DNA of 64,000 bases from Clostridia bacterium (GCA_900751885.1 CAADTH010000045.1:92836-156835); one strand, 5' to 3'; numbered from the stretch's first letter, positions 11,162-21,764 are shown. Notes: generated by a model not told the origin, from the sequence alone. Program-made: numbers and translations.

Positions 11162-13765
11162 TCAAGCGCGCCTTGTGCGTTTGAGTCCACTTTTCACTGC
11201 TTTTACAATTTCACACACGACAATCGGCACAAGAGACAATCCAATCACAATCAGCCATTCCTGAACATTCATGATTTCATGTACATTAAAGATTTTCGCA
11301 AGCGCAGGAATTGCCAGCACAACCGTCTGCAATAGTGCAGACACGCCAAATGCCTTGAGCATCGCCTTATTCGAAAAAAGTCCTACCTGAAATAAAGATT
11401 GACCGCTTCGCACATTGAACGCGTGAACAAGCTGGGAATACGCCAGCACACCAAACGACATCGCATTCGCCGCCGCGTCCCCGCCCATGATATATTCTCC
11501 AATCACATACGCCGTCAGCGTCAAAAGTCCAATCATTGCTCCTTGCCAGCCGATTGTTACCGCCAGTCCGCCAGAAAAAATACTCTTTTTCGGATCGCGT
11601 GGCTTTTCGTCCATAACCCCTTTTTCTACAGGCTCCACACCGAGCGCCAACGCCGGAAGACTGTCCGTCACCAGATTGACCCATAAAAGCTGTACCGCTA
11701 CCAGCGGCATCTGTCGAAGATTCAGCATCACAGCAAGAAACAGCGTTACAATCTCTCCGATGTTACACGACAGGAGGAAGTGAATCGACTTTTTGATATT
11801 CGCAAAAATTCCGCGTCCCTGCTCAACTGCCGCAACAATCGTCGCAAAATTATCATCCGTCAAAATCATGTCCGCCGCACCCTTGGATACATCTGTTCCG
11901 GTAATCCCCATCGCACATCCGATATTCGCAGCCTTGAGCGCCGGCGCATCATTCACACCGTCTCCCGTCATTGCAACGACCTTGCCGCTTTTTTGCCATG
12001 CCTTCACAATGCGTACCTTATGCTCCGGCGATACTCTCGCATACACAGAATACCTTTCGACATTCTCCGAAAGCTCCTCATCCGACATTTTTTCAAGCTC
12101 TTTACCTGTAACCGCCTCGTCCGTATCCCTGTAAATGCCCAGCTCCCTTGCAATCGCCACCGCTGTGATAATGTGGTCGCCGGTAATCATCACCGGACGA
12201 ATTCCCGCTTTCGTGCAAAGTGCGACAGCCTCCTTGACCTCCTCGCGCGGTGGGTCAATCATGCCGACCATCCCCACAAAGGTCAAATCCTTTTCTACCG
12301 CTTCACTCGTCATCTCTTTCGGAATCTCTTCCACATCACGATACGCCACCGCCAGCACACGAAGCGCCTTACTTGCCATCGCCTCGTTCGCAGAGTCAAT
12401 TTCCTCCCTGCTTTTTCCGCCTGCTATACCTGTGCACCGTCCCAGCAGAACGTCCGGCGCACCCTTTGTGATAATACGGTATCCATTCTCCATTTTGTGT
12501 ACCGTCGTCATCATCTTCCGGTCAGAATCGAACGGAATCTCCTCTACGCGCGGATATTGCTTCTCAAGCTCCGCTTTGTAGTCCCCCTCTTTGAAGGAAG
12601 CCATCACAAGCGCTGTTTCCGTTGGGTCTCCCTTTTCAACAAGCCCCTCCTGTGTCTGTTCAACAACCGAATCGTTACACAGCGTCATCATACGCAGAAT
12701 TTCTTTTTTCTCACCGCCTGATGCACTCCAGGTCTCCATGACCGTCATTTTGTTCTGCGTGAGTGTTCCTGTCTTATCCGAACAAATCACCGACGCGCCG
12801 CCCAGCGTTTCAACCGCCGAGAGCTTTCTGATGATTGCATGCTTTTTCACCATACGCTGTACACCAAATGCCAAAACAATCGTCACAATCGCAGGAAGTC
12901 CCTCCGGAATCGCCGCCACCGCCAGAGAAACCGATGTCATGAGCATTTCAAGCCATGCCTTCCCATTGATGATTCCAACCACAAACATGACCGCACAGAT
13001 GACGAGCGCCGCAATTCCCAAAAGCTTTCCAATATCATTGAGCTTTTTCTGGAGCGGTGTTCTCTCATCCTCACTTTCCATAATCATACCGGCAATCACG
13101 CCGACCTCTGTATCCATTCCCGTACCGGTTACAATCGCTTTGCCGCGTCCATACGTGATAACAGAGGAGGAAATCACCATGTTAATTCGGTCACCGAGCG
13201 TCGCATCCAAATCCACGACCGCCTGTGCATCCTTATCCACCGGGACAGATTCTCCTGTGAGCGCGGATTCCTCTGCCTTTAAATTCGCGCTCTCCACCAA
13301 ACGCGCGTCCGCGGGCACCAAATCGCCTGCCTCCAGCTGTATCAAATCCCCCGGCACGAGCTTTGACGCCTCAACCGCCTCCAGCCTTCCATCCCTGATT
13401 ACCTTTGCACGCGGCGCTGACATCTTCTGGAGCGCTTCCATTGATTTTTCCGCCTTATTCTCCTGTACAATTCCAATTACCGCGTTCACAACCACGATAA
13501 GCAGAATAATAACCGCGTCAATCCAATCCTCGCCTTTAGTTGAAATGACAGAGAGAATGGCGGCAAGAATCAAAATCAGAATCATGAAATCCTTAAACTG
13601 CTCCAAAAATTTTACAAATAAATTTTTTTTCTTTTTCTCTTTGAGTACATTTTCTCCAAACTTTAGCAGTCTTTTTTGCGCTTCCTCCTCAGACAGTCCC
13701 CTGTGTATATCTGTTTCCAGTTTCTGCCGTGTTTCCTCGATGCTCGTGTCATGCCAAATTGACAT
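11162..13765 (-). CDS. Cation-translocating P-type ATPase, Ca2+ (PMCA/SERCA-like, type IIA) family
   Basis: 867 aa with CSDKTGTLTQN phosphorylation motif, TGDHIITA, MTGDGVNDAPALK and a PEGLPA TM4 motif. Confidence 0.9.
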   Translation of the reverse strand: MSIWHDTSIEETRQKLETDIHRGLSEEEAQKRLLKFGENVLKEKKKKNLFVKFLEQFKDFMILILILAAILSVISTKGEDWIDAVIILLIVVVNAVIGIVQENKAEKSMEALQKMSAPRAKVIRDGRLEAVEASKLVPGDLIQLEAGDLVPADARLVESANLKAEESALTGESVPVDKDAQAVVDLDATLGDRINMVISSSVITYGRGKAIVTGTGMDTEVGVIAGMIMESEDERTPLQKKLNDIGKLLGIAALVICAVMFVVGIINGKAWLEMLMTSVSLAVAAIPEGLPAIVTIVLAFGVQRMVKKHAIIRKLSAVETLGGASVICSDKTGTLTQNKMTVMETWSASGGEKKEILRMMTLCNDSVVEQTQEGLVEKGDPTETALVMASFKEGDYKAELEKQYPRVEEIPFDSDRKMMTTVHKMENGYRIITKGAPDVLLGRCTGIAGGKSREEIDSANEAMASKALRVLAVAYRDVEEIPKEMTSEAVEKDLTFVGMVGMIDPPREEVKEAVALCTKAGIRPVMITGDHIITAVAIARELGIYRDTDEAVTGKELEKMSDEELSENVERYSVYARVSPEHKVRIVKAWQKSGKVVAMTGDGVNDAPALKAANIGCAMGITGTDVSKGAADMILTDDNFATIVAAVEQGRGIFANIKKSIHFLLSCNIGEIVTLFLAVMLNLRQMPLVAVQLLWVNLVTDSLPALALGVEPVEKGVMDEKPRDPKKSIFSGGLAVTIGWQGAMIGLLTLTAYVIGEYIMGGDAAANAMSFGVLAYSQLVHAFNVRSGQSLFQVGLFSNKAMLKAFGVSALLQTVVLAIPALAKIFNVHEIMNVQEWLIVIGLSLVPIVVCEIVKAVKSGLKRTRRA

Positions 13766-13862
13766 CGCTTCTCCTCCTTGTTTTTGGTTTCTTCTAAAGT
13801 TTTCGCTTAGTTTTCCTTCGTTTTCCTGCTTTTATTCTTCGCTTCATATGTATGTACTCAAA

Positions 13863-13885
13863 TAGGGATGCAAACTGCATCCCTA
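13863..13885 (-). terminator. Weak hairpin after lysC
   Basis: tagggatgca-aac-tgcatcccta; only a poor T-run on the minus strand. Confidence 0.3.
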
Positions 13886-13935
13886 CCCAATTTTCAATCG
13901 CCCTCACCCATCGTTTTTATGCCGCAAAAAATGAT

Positions 13936-15144
13936 TTAAGATAACTGAAATTTATCGTGGATTGCCTCGACAGCCGACTCTGCGTCCTTGCGGTCAACAA
14001 GCACAGAAATCTTGATTTCTGACGTCGCAATCATATGGATATTGATATGTGCGTCATACAGCGCCTCAAACATCGTCGTTGCAACCCCTGCATTATTCAC
14101 CATTCCAGCGCCGACAATCGACACCTTGGACACATCCTTTGTCCATTTTACTTCCTTCGCCGAAATCAATTCCTTATTCTGTTCTATAATCGCTAAAGCC
14201 TCGTCCAAATCATCCTCAGTCACTGTAAAGCTGATATCCTTTGTGTGCTCTTTTCCGATAGACTGAATAATCAAATCCACACAAATATTATGCTTTGACA
14301 GCAGAGAAAATACCTGAAATGCCTTTCCCGGCGTGTCCTCCACATCACAAAGCGCAATCCGCGCGACATTGTTATCTCTCGTTACCCCTCTAACCAGCAT
14401 TTTTTCCACTTGGCTGACCTCCTTTACATATGTGCCTTCTACTTTATTCAAACTCGATTTCACTGCCAATTTGACATTATATTTTTTCGCCATCTCCACA
14501 GAACGGTTATGAAGAACGTTTGCTCCTAAGCTCGCCAGCTCCAGCATCTCATCGTATGAAATGTCGTCGAGCTTCTTTGCATTCGGTACAATACGCGGGT
14601 CTGCCGTGTACACACCGTCCACATCCGTATAGATTTCACATACATCTGCGTGAAGCGCCGCCGCCAGAGCGACCGCTGAGGTGTCTGACCCACCGCGTCC
14701 AAGCGTCGTAATGTCATCATATTTGTTAATTCCCTGAAATCCTGCCACAATGATAATCGTGTGCCGGTCAAGCTCTGCTTTCAATCTCTCCGTATCAATT
14801 TTATGGATTCTAGCCATGCCATATTTGGAATCCGTCTTAAACCCTGCCTGCCATCCTGTCAAGGAAATCACCGGACAGCCCAGCTTTTCAATCGCCATTG
14901 CCAAAAGCGAAATGGAAATCTGCTCTCCGCTTGACAAAAGCATATCCATCTCTCGCTTTGATGCGTTCGGATTGATTTCCTTCGCCTTTTCTATCAGTTC
15001 GTCTGTGGTATCACCCTGCGCGGAAACCGCGACCACCACATCGTTTCCCGCCTTATAGGTCTCCACAATCCGGCTTGCCACATTCAGTACACGCTCGGCA
15101 TCTCTGACCGAGGAACCGCCATATTTTTGTACTATCAGACTCAC
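13936..15144 (-). CDS. lysC: Aspartate kinase
   Basis: 402 aa. VQKYGGSSV and GRGGSDTSAVALAAAL motifs, with two C-terminal ACT domains. Confidence 0.9.
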   Translation of the reverse strand: MSLIVQKYGGSSVRDAERVLNVASRIVETYKAGNDVVVAVSAQGDTTDELIEKAKEINPNASKREMDMLLSSGEQISISLLAMAIEKLGCPVISLTGWQAGFKTDSKYGMARIHKIDTERLKAELDRHTIIIVAGFQGINKYDDITTLGRGGSDTSAVALAAALHADVCEIYTDVDGVYTADPRIVPNAKKLDDISYDEMLELASLGANVLHNRSVEMAKKYNVKLAVKSSLNKVEGTYVKEVSQVEKMLVRGVTRDNNVARIALCDVEDTPGKAFQVFSLLSKHNICVDLIIQSIGKEHTKDISFTVTEDDLDEALAIIEQNKELISAKEVKWTKDVSKVSIVGAGMVNNAGVATTMFEALYDAHINIHMIATSEIKISVLVDRKDAESAVEAIHDKFQLS

Positions 15145-15163
15145 GTTTCTTCCTCCTACTTAC

Positions 15164-16063
15164 TCAATGATTTATTTTTACAACCGTCCCAACATTATCA
15201 CAGGACAGCACTTTACATCTCCACTGGTGGGAATTTTCCTGAAAAAACCGAATCATCCCACGCTGGAACGCACGCGTATCACCGTCCAAGATAGACAAAA
15301 TCGTGGGACCCGATCCGCTTAAATACGTTGCTCTCGCGCCCAGCGAGTACGTTTTTTCAAATATCGTGTCCATCCCTTCGATATATACGCTCCGGTATGG
15401 CTGGTGAAGCCGATCCTGCACACCGGTACGCAGAAGAGACAGCTTCCCCGATATCATCGCCGCTGTAAACAGTGCCGCGCGGGAAATATTGAACGCCGCG
15501 TCAGGATAAGTCACCTTGTCAGGAAGCGTTCCGCGCGACTTTCTTGTCGCCACAAAGTAATCCGGTATCATCACAGCAAATTTGATATTCGAATCGAGCT
15601 TCACGCTCTCGCATACGGTTTTCCCCTTTTCCACCGCCGATATGCAAAATCCCCCGTACAGCGCCGGTGCAACGTTATCCGGATGCCCCTCCATTTTCGT
15701 TGCAAAATTCAGAATATCCTCATACTCAAGGTGTCTGCCTGAAAGGATATTCGCCGCAATCATACCGCCGATAATACAAGCGCTACTGCTTCCTAAGCCC
15801 CTTGTCACAGGAATCTGGCTATTTTGGATAATGCGAAGTCCTCTCATCGGATACCCCACCTCATCGAACACTGTCTTCATCGCGCGGTATACGAGGTTGT
15901 TTTCATTGCGCGGAATATAGTCAGTGGAATACATCGCACGGATATCCAGTCCCCGTTCCAGCTCCTCAATCTGGAGCGTGTTATAAAGACTCAGTGCCAC
16001 GCCCAGCGTGTCAAACCCAGCGCCCATATTCGCGCTGGTCGCAGGTACTCTGACGGTAATCAT
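15164..16063 (-). CDS. thrB: Homoserine kinase
   Basis: 299 aa, GHMP kinase motif PVTRGLGSSSA, N-terminus VRVPATSANMGAGFD. Confidence 0.9.
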   Translation of the reverse strand: MITVRVPATSANMGAGFDTLGVALSLYNTLQIEELERGLDIRAMYSTDYIPRNENNLVYRAMKTVFDEVGYPMRGLRIIQNSQIPVTRGLGSSSACIIGGMIAANILSGRHLEYEDILNFATKMEGHPDNVAPALYGGFCISAVEKGKTVCESVKLDSNIKFAVMIPDYFVATRKSRGTLPDKVTYPDAAFNISRAALFTAAMISGKLSLLRTGVQDRLHQPYRSVYIEGMDTIFEKTYSLGARATYLSGSGPTILSILDGDTRAFQRGMIRFFQENSHQWRCKVLSCDNVGTVVKINH

Positions 16064-17274
16064 GCTTCCAGCATCCTTATTTTCGAAATCACTGCGCCGA
16101 TTGCTTCCAGCGCCGCCATCAGTTCTTTTTCTGCCTTCACTGGCGATACGAACGCGGTCTCACCCTCAATCAATCCCCTGCATACAATCTTTGCGTCCGG
16201 CAGTACCTTCTTCACCGCATCCTCACTCGCACCGGTACGAACAAACAAGCGCACCTCTTTCTCTGTCGGGTCAATCACAAATTCTTCCTCTGTCTTCACC
16301 CACATAATATGCTTACTCTTTTGAAGATGCTTCACACAATCGATCACATCAGCAACAACCGCGCTGGCTGTCGGGAGCTTTCCAGCGCCCTTGCCGTAAA
16401 ACATGACCTCGCCGATGGAATCCCCTTTTACCATGATTGCGTTGAATACATCCTCCACACCTGCAAGCGGATGGTCTCCCGGAATCATCATCGGACTAAC
16501 CCGTGCAAACACCTTGCCATCCTCTGCAATATCAGAAATTCCAATCAACTTCAGCACACTGTTCATCGCTTCAGCGTACACGACGTCCTCGTGCGTCATT
16601 TTTGTAATGCCCTCTGTCAAAACCTTGTGATAGTCTACCTCTTTGCCTGATGCAAGCGACGATAAAATCGCAATTTTACGGCACGCGTCGTACCCTTCCA
16701 CATCCGCAGTCGGATCTTTTTCCGCGTATCCCTTCGCCTGCGCGTCGGAAAGCGCATCTGAGAAGGAAACCCCTTCCTTAATCATCTGCGTTAAAATATA
16801 GTTGGTTGTTCCATTTAGAATACCAATGATTTCTGTAATTTCATTTGCTGCCAGACACTGGTGAAGCGGACGGATAATCGGAATCCCGCCTCCCACACTC
16901 GCCTCAAACATATAATTGATATTTTGCTTTTCTGCAATCGCGAGAAGCTCCGCCCCGTGCGTTGCCACAAGCTCCTTGTTGGAGGTAACCACATTCTTTC
17001 CGGCTTCCAAAAGACTCTTCGTAAAGTCATACGCCGGATGCAATCCTCCCATCACTTCAACCACCACGGTTACCTCAGGGTCATTCAAAATTACATTGAA
17101 ATCCTTCGTGAAAAGTTCCTTTTCCGGGTGGTCGTCAAAGTCTCTGATATCTAAAATATACTTGATATCTACTTCCTGATTCGCCTTTTTCGCAAGACTC
17201 TCACGGTTTTTTCGGATGATTTCATATACACCGCTTCCCACCGTTCCATATCCCATAATCGCAACCTTTGCCAT
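16060..17274 (-). CDS. hom: Homoserine dehydrogenase
   Basis: MAKVAIMGYGTVGSG Rossmann N-terminus preceded by the RBS GAGGAGGAG. The track start at 17289 sits inside that RBS. C-terminal ACT-like domain present. Confidence 0.9.
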   Translation of the reverse strand: MAKVAIMGYGTVGSGVYEIIRKNRESLAKKANQEVDIKYILDIRDFDDHPEKELFTKDFNVILNDPEVTVVVEVMGGLHPAYDFTKSLLEAGKNVVTSNKELVATHGAELLAIAEKQNINYMFEASVGGGIPIIRPLHQCLAANEITEIIGILNGTTNYILTQMIKEGVSFSDALSDAQAKGYAEKDPTADVEGYDACRKIAILSSLASGKEVDYHKVLTEGITKMTHEDVVYAEAMNSVLKLIGISDIAEDGKVFARVSPMMIPGDHPLAGVEDVFNAIMVKGDSIGEVMFYGKGAGKLPTASAVVADVIDCVKHLQKSKHIMWVKTEEEFVIDPTEKEVRLFVRTGASEDAVKKVLPDAKIVCRGLIEGETAFVSPVKAEKELMAALEAIGAVISKIRMLEA

Positions 17275-17285
17275 GTTTCTCCTCC

Positions 17286-17744
17286 TCATTCCATCGATAA
17301 TAGTTCAATTTTGTTAATTCCCTCTATGTTCTTCATCTCTTCTATCAATCCGTCAATATCCATCCTTCCCTTTCCCATTCGAAAGGATATCGTGATATTC
17401 GCCAAATTATTGACCGGAATATTTTGATTGATGGTAAGCACATTCGTTTGATACTGTGCCAGCACATGCAGAATATTGGATAAAATTCCCGACACATCAT
17501 CTAAGATAAAAAACAGGGTAACGATTTTTTCCTTGTTCAATTCGCTGTAAGGAAAAACATAATTTTTGTATTTGTAGAACGCGCTTCTGCTGATATTCGC
17601 CCTCGCAATCGCTTCATTGATGGTCTCGCATTTGCCGGAATCCAAATACTTTTTCGCCTTTACAACCTTCACAAAAACCTCCGGCGCGACAGAAGTGTCC
17701 ACTAAAAGATAGGATGATTTTGTATCCATTTTCACATTCCTCAC
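17286..17744 (-). CDS. ACT domain protein, UPF0735 (PheB-like) family
   Basis: 152 aa. YLLVDTSVAPEVFVKVVKAKKYL...ISRSAFYKYKNYVFPY matches the conserved UPF0735 N-terminus and is followed by an ACT domain. Confidence 0.75.
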   Translation of the reverse strand: MRNVKMDTKSSYLLVDTSVAPEVFVKVVKAKKYLDSGKCETINEAIARANISRSAFYKYKNYVFPYSELNKEKIVTLFFILDDVSGILSNILHVLAQYQTNVLTINQNIPVNNLANITISFRMGKGRMDIDGLIEEMKNIEGINKIELLSME

Positions 17745-17939
17745 TGTCCTTGATAGGAAAACATTTGTACTTTCGTCTTAGTATGATATCATATCCATTC
17801 TATAATGTCAACATTTCAACGGCAAACTGTACATTTTCCGAAAATGGCACAAAAAATAGAAGCGTACGGCATTATTTTCCGTCAGAAAGCACTGTTTCTT
17901 TGATGGTATATTCTGTTTCCTTTGTTTTCTCTGCATATA

Positions 17940-17976
17940 AAAAAGCTACAAACCCCGTTTTGGCTTGTAGCTTTTT
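17940..17976. terminator. Bidirectional intrinsic terminator after ctpA
   Basis: aaaaagctacaa / ttgtagcttttt stem flanked by A- and T-runs, starting directly after the ctpA stop codon. Confidence 0.6.
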
Positions 17977-17978
17977 TC

Positions 17979-19394
17979 TTATTCTATCTGTCCGCCGAGC
18001 AATTCATATCCACGCTCGAACTGTCTGTCTACAATTTCACTCATGTCATAAAACACGTTATTGATTTTCACCTGTGTGGTGATATCCAGCACGCCATAAG
18101 CAAACAATCCGTGCTCCGCCTGGAACTGCTCGATTGCTTTGGCTGTATCCTCTGTGAAAACGTCGTCTACCTCACCGACATAGTACCCCATTGCCGAAAG
18201 GCGTTCCTCCGCCGCGCGGACACTCTCCGCCTGCGCTCCGACTGTCAGCTTTTCCTTGTAATCAAACTTTGCATATTTCGATACATCGACCTGACGCTTA
18301 AAGTTACTCACTTCCTCGTCTGGCTTGATGCCGATATGATTGATTTCCGAACCGTTTCTCGTCAGATAATGTCCTGTTGTCAGCTTGATTGCCTGTCCGT
18401 TCGGAATGGTGTATACCTGCTGAATGACCGCTTTTCCATATGTCTGCTCTCCAATCAGCTTCCCTGCACCAGAGTCCTGAATGGCGCTTGCCAAAATCTC
18501 AGCGGAGCTTGCCGTATTCTCGTTCACCAGTACTGCAAGCTCATACTTCGTCTCTTCCAATTCTGAAAAATATGTCTCATTCTCCTCCTCATGCCGGTAC
18601 ATCGTCTGGACAATCACGCCCTTCGGCACAAGCTCCTTCGCCACGCCAATCGCTGTTTCCACATATCCTCCCGGATTGTTTCGAAGGTCCAACAGTATTT
18701 TTGTCACGCCGTTTTGATCGAGCTCTTCCAGAGCCTCTTTGAATTCCTTGTCTGTTTTGTCGGAAAATGATGTAATCTGCACGTAGGCAATGTTCCCCTT
18801 GAGCATTTGAACATTGACCGTGCTCTCCTGCACTTTGCCGCGAACTGCTGTCGTCGTATACTCCGCATCGTCTCGAAGCACAGTAAGTTCAACCTTTGAC
18901 CCATCCTCGCCAATCAGCTTCTCGCGCACATTGTCAATCAGCCATCCGGTTACATCCTCACCATTCACCTTATAAATCTTATCGCCAGATTTCAGTCCTG
19001 CCTTCTCCGCGGGACTTCCCTCCTGGCAATCAATAATTTCTACATAATCTCCCCGCTTTTGAATCACAACCCCAATCCCATAAAACGATTCATTGAGACT
19101 GTTTATGAGCATATCGAATTCTTCCCGCGTGTAGAACTCACTGTATGGATCGAGCTCTGCAAACGCCGCCTTCAAGAATGTGATAAGCATGGTCGGATTG
19201 TCCTTGAGCAAACGCTCCACCGTCTTTTTTGCCAAATCATCCTTTGTGACAGATTCGTCGATATAGTTTTGCTCGATGAATGACAAAATACTCTCATAAG
19301 CCTGGGATTGATAGCTCTCCTCCGCCAATGACACCTGTGGCACCATAAGCATTGCCGCCGCCAAAAAGGATGCAATCACCTGTTTCAATTTCAT
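17979..19394 (-). CDS. ctpA: S41 family C-terminal processing peptidase with PDZ and C-terminal peptidoglycan-binding domain
   Basis: 471 aa with a signal peptide, PDZ (GSPAEKAGLKSGDKI), S41 motif ENTASSAEILA, and PG_binding_1-like GYYVGEVDDVFTEDTAKAIEQFQ. Confidence 0.85.
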   Translation of the reverse strand: MKLKQVIASFLAAAMLMVPQVSLAEESYQSQAYESILSFIEQNYIDESVTKDDLAKKTVERLLKDNPTMLITFLKAAFAELDPYSEFYTREEFDMLINSLNESFYGIGVVIQKRGDYVEIIDCQEGSPAEKAGLKSGDKIYKVNGEDVTGWLIDNVREKLIGEDGSKVELTVLRDDAEYTTTAVRGKVQESTVNVQMLKGNIAYVQITSFSDKTDKEFKEALEELDQNGVTKILLDLRNNPGGYVETAIGVAKELVPKGVIVQTMYRHEEENETYFSELEETKYELAVLVNENTASSAEILASAIQDSGAGKLIGEQTYGKAVIQQVYTIPNGQAIKLTTGHYLTRNGSEINHIGIKPDEEVSNFKRQVDVSKYAKFDYKEKLTVGAQAESVRAAEERLSAMGYYVGEVDDVFTEDTAKAIEQFQAEHGLFAYGVLDITTQVKINNVFYDMSEIVDRQFERGYELLGGQIE

Positions 19395-19404
19395 AGTTTT
19401 TTCC

Positions 19405-19806
19405 TCATTTTCTTAATTGTACGCTGATGGTTAAATGGTTTTCTATTTTTTGCAGATTCATCTCGAGAATATAGTCGAGCACAATCGTGCCTCCTGTCTC
19501 ACTGAGCTCTATATAGACCTTTTGGGTGTTGAGCTCCATAGCAATCTCACCATATGGCATCCGGTAGACAAACGAATGAGTCCGCCCTGTCTCATACAAA
19601 AAATCGGACGAATACGCGCCGCTTTTTCGAATGGAAACCGTCTGTCTGCTTGCCTTAATTCGGGTCGATACGCCCTCCTCTCCTTCTGTATAGAGGATGT
19701 AATACGTCCCATTTTTGTCGTAAAAGCTTCCTTCTGTCATCACCTCGATGTCATCGCGCTGTCCGTCAATCTGTTGTCTGTTTTTTATTGTGATGATAGC
19801 ATTCAT
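19405..19806 (-). CDS. DUF1934 (YwiB-like) beta-barrel protein
   Basis: Start chosen at MNAIITIKNRQQIDG. The longer track ORF runs deep into murI. The sequence pattern is typical of DUF1934. Confidence 0.7.
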   Translation of the reverse strand: MNAIITIKNRQQIDGQRDDIEVMTEGSFYDKNGTYYILYTEGEEGVSTRIKASRQTVSIRKSGAYSSDFLYETGRTHSFVYRMPYGEIAMELNTQKVYIELSETGGTIVLDYILEMNLQKIENHLTISVQLRK

Positions 19807-20611
19807 ATTGTTCAATATCAATCTTTTCCACCTGTCCGTTGACGTTCCCTTCCATAAATATCTGTGCAAGATTCGTAAAATTCTCTACACTGTCACTGAC
19901 ATAGTATTTATACTGCTCTCTCTCCCTTGTTCCCTTCGGGATATTGCCTAGATTCATCTGCTCCTTTAAAGAAAGCGCAGTCTCTGCTCCAGGGTCAATC
20001 AGCGTGACTTCCTTTCCCATCACCTCGCCGATAACCTGTTTCAAAAGCGGATAATGCGTACAGCCGAGTATCAGTGTATCCACATCCTTCTGGCGTATCT
20101 CGTCCAAATACTCCTCGGCGACAAGGCGGGCAACCTGTGTGTCAAAATGCCCATTCTCCACAAGCGGTACAAACAGTGGGCAATCCTTTGAAAAAATCAC
20201 TGCATCCGACAGATGCCGCTTGATTTCCCTCTCATACGCACCGCTTCGGATGGTTCCGGTCGTTCCTATCACTCCGATGCGTCCGCTTTTCGTCTCCCGC
20301 ACTGCGGCGCGCGCCGCAGAATCCACCACACCGATGATTGGTGTTTTTGTCTCCTTCTCCACTGCCGGTATCCCCACAGAGCTGGCTGTTCCGCAGGCTA
20401 CCACAATCAGCTTCACATCAAAGCTTTCCAAAAAGCGGATGTCCCCGCGTACATATTTGACAATCGTCTCCTCGCCGCGCGTGCCATAAGGAACCCTACC
20501 GGTATCCCCAAAATATATGATGTTCTCTTCAGGAAGGATTCTCATGATTTCCTTGACTGCCGTAAGCCCTCCAAGTCCTGAATCGAACACTCCGATTCTA
20601 TCATGCTTCAT
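19766..20611 (-). CDS. murI: Glutamate racemase
   Basis: IGVFDSGLGGLT, VVACGTAS and LGCTHYP motifs. Start taken at MKHDRIGVF; an alternative upstream start lies at 20644. Confidence 0.9.
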   Translation of the reverse strand: MKHDRIGVFDSGLGGLTAVKEIMRILPEENIIYFGDTGRVPYGTRGEETIVKYVRGDIRFLESFDVKLIVVACGTASSVGIPAVEKETKTPIIGVVDSAARAAVRETKSGRIGVIGTTGTIRSGAYEREIKRHLSDAVIFSKDCPLFVPLVENGHFDTQVARLVAEEYLDEIRQKDVDTLILGCTHYPLLKQVIGEVMGKEVTLIDPGAETALSLKEQMNLGNIPKGTREREQYKYYVSDSVENFTNLAQIFMEGNVNGQVEKIDIEQYECYHHNKKQTTD

Positions 20612-21689
20612 ATCTGTGCTTCTTTCTATGTAATGCAAGTTCAATCAGCCGGTCCAAAAGCTCACCGTAGCCGACTCCCATCTCCTGCCACAGCTTCGGA
20701 TACATGCTGATGTCTGTAAAGCCCGGCATGGTATTGATTTCATTCAAAATGACAGAGCCATCAGAATACTTCACAAAAAAATCCACTCTTGAAAGCCCTG
20801 TCCCGTCGATTGCGCGAAATGCGCGAACCGCATAATCGCGGATTTTTTCTTGGGTCGCCATATCAAGCTTTGCCGGTATTTGAAGCTCTGTCGTCCCATC
20901 GTTATACTTTGCGTCATAATCATAAAATTCCGCTACAGGAATAATCTCACCGACTGCCGCCGCCTTCGGATGCCCGTTGCCAAGCACCGCACATTCCACC
21001 TCATGCCCTTCGATGTTCTCCTCGACCAAAATCTTGCGGTCAAACTTCGACGCTTCCTCCAGTGCCGCCAAAAGTGCACTTCTGTCTGCCGCTTTTCCCA
21101 CACCGACTGACGAGCCGGTGTTTGCCGGCTTCACAAAGCATGGATAGCCGATTTTCTCTTCTATCTCATCCATGATTTCGTCAATTTTATGAAATTCCTC
21201 TGTCCTCGCCACAACCCATTTCGCCTGTGGAATGTTTGCATCTTGAAACACGATTTTGGAATATGTCTTATCCATTCCCACACTCGACGCAAGCACCCCC
21301 GTGCCGACGTATGGAAGATTCGAAAGCTCCAACAGCCCCTGAATCGTGCCGTCCTCGCCATGCTCTCCATGCAGCACCGGGAATACAACATCTATCTCTA
21401 TCTTCTTGACCTTTTCTTTTCCAAATACCAAAATTCCGCCGTCGGACACATCCGGAGAGAGGATTGCCTTTTTGAGATGCTTTTTGTCCTTCTCCCAGCT
21501 GCCATCCTTGATGCTGTCAGTATCACCTGTATACAGATACCACTGTCCCTTTTTCGTAATTCCAATGACACTGACCTTATATTTATCCCGGTCGAGCTGT
21601 TCTAAAACAGATACAGCAGACCTTCTGGACACCTCATGCTCCGGCGACTGTCCGCCAAAAAGCACACACACTTTCAATTTGCCCATCAA
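20601..21689 (-). CDS. ddl: D-alanine--D-alanine ligase
   Basis: 362 aa. VLFGGQSPEHEVS, ATP-grasp core, LNEINTMPGFT. Confidence 0.92.
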   Translation of the reverse strand: MMGKLKVCVLFGGQSPEHEVSRRSAVSVLEQLDRDKYKVSVIGITKKGQWYLYTGDTDSIKDGSWEKDKKHLKKAILSPDVSDGGILVFGKEKVKKIEIDVVFPVLHGEHGEDGTIQGLLELSNLPYVGTGVLASSVGMDKTYSKIVFQDANIPQAKWVVARTEEFHKIDEIMDEIEEKIGYPCFVKPANTGSSVGVGKAADRSALLAALEEASKFDRKILVEENIEGHEVECAVLGNGHPKAAAVGEIIPVAEFYDYDAKYNDGTTELQIPAKLDMATQEKIRDYAVRAFRAIDGTGLSRVDFFVKYSDGSVILNEINTMPGFTDISMYPKLWQEMGVGYGELLDRLIELALHRKKHRYEA

Positions 21690-21764
21690 TCAAACACCTC
21701 ACGTTTTTATTATAAACACTCCACACGCCATTTGCAAGCAAACACAGGAGAATTCATAAAATAT

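Noticed and set aside
11780-13865. Long plus-strand ORFs (313 aa and 424 aa) opposite the P-type ATPase
   Set aside because: They have low-complexity Ser/Arg/His-rich translations with no motifs and lie fully antisense to a gene with every P-type ATPase signature. The same reasoning applies to the other antisense ORFs in the track, such as 10301-10933, 17922-18566, 31122-31820 and 59244-59858.
19766-19806. 41-nt overlap between the murI 3' end and the chosen DUF1934 start, as a possible frameshift or pseudogene sign
   Set aside because: Both frames are intact with full-length conserved sequence. The overlap most likely reflects uncertainty in the DUF1934 start or a genuine short overlap.
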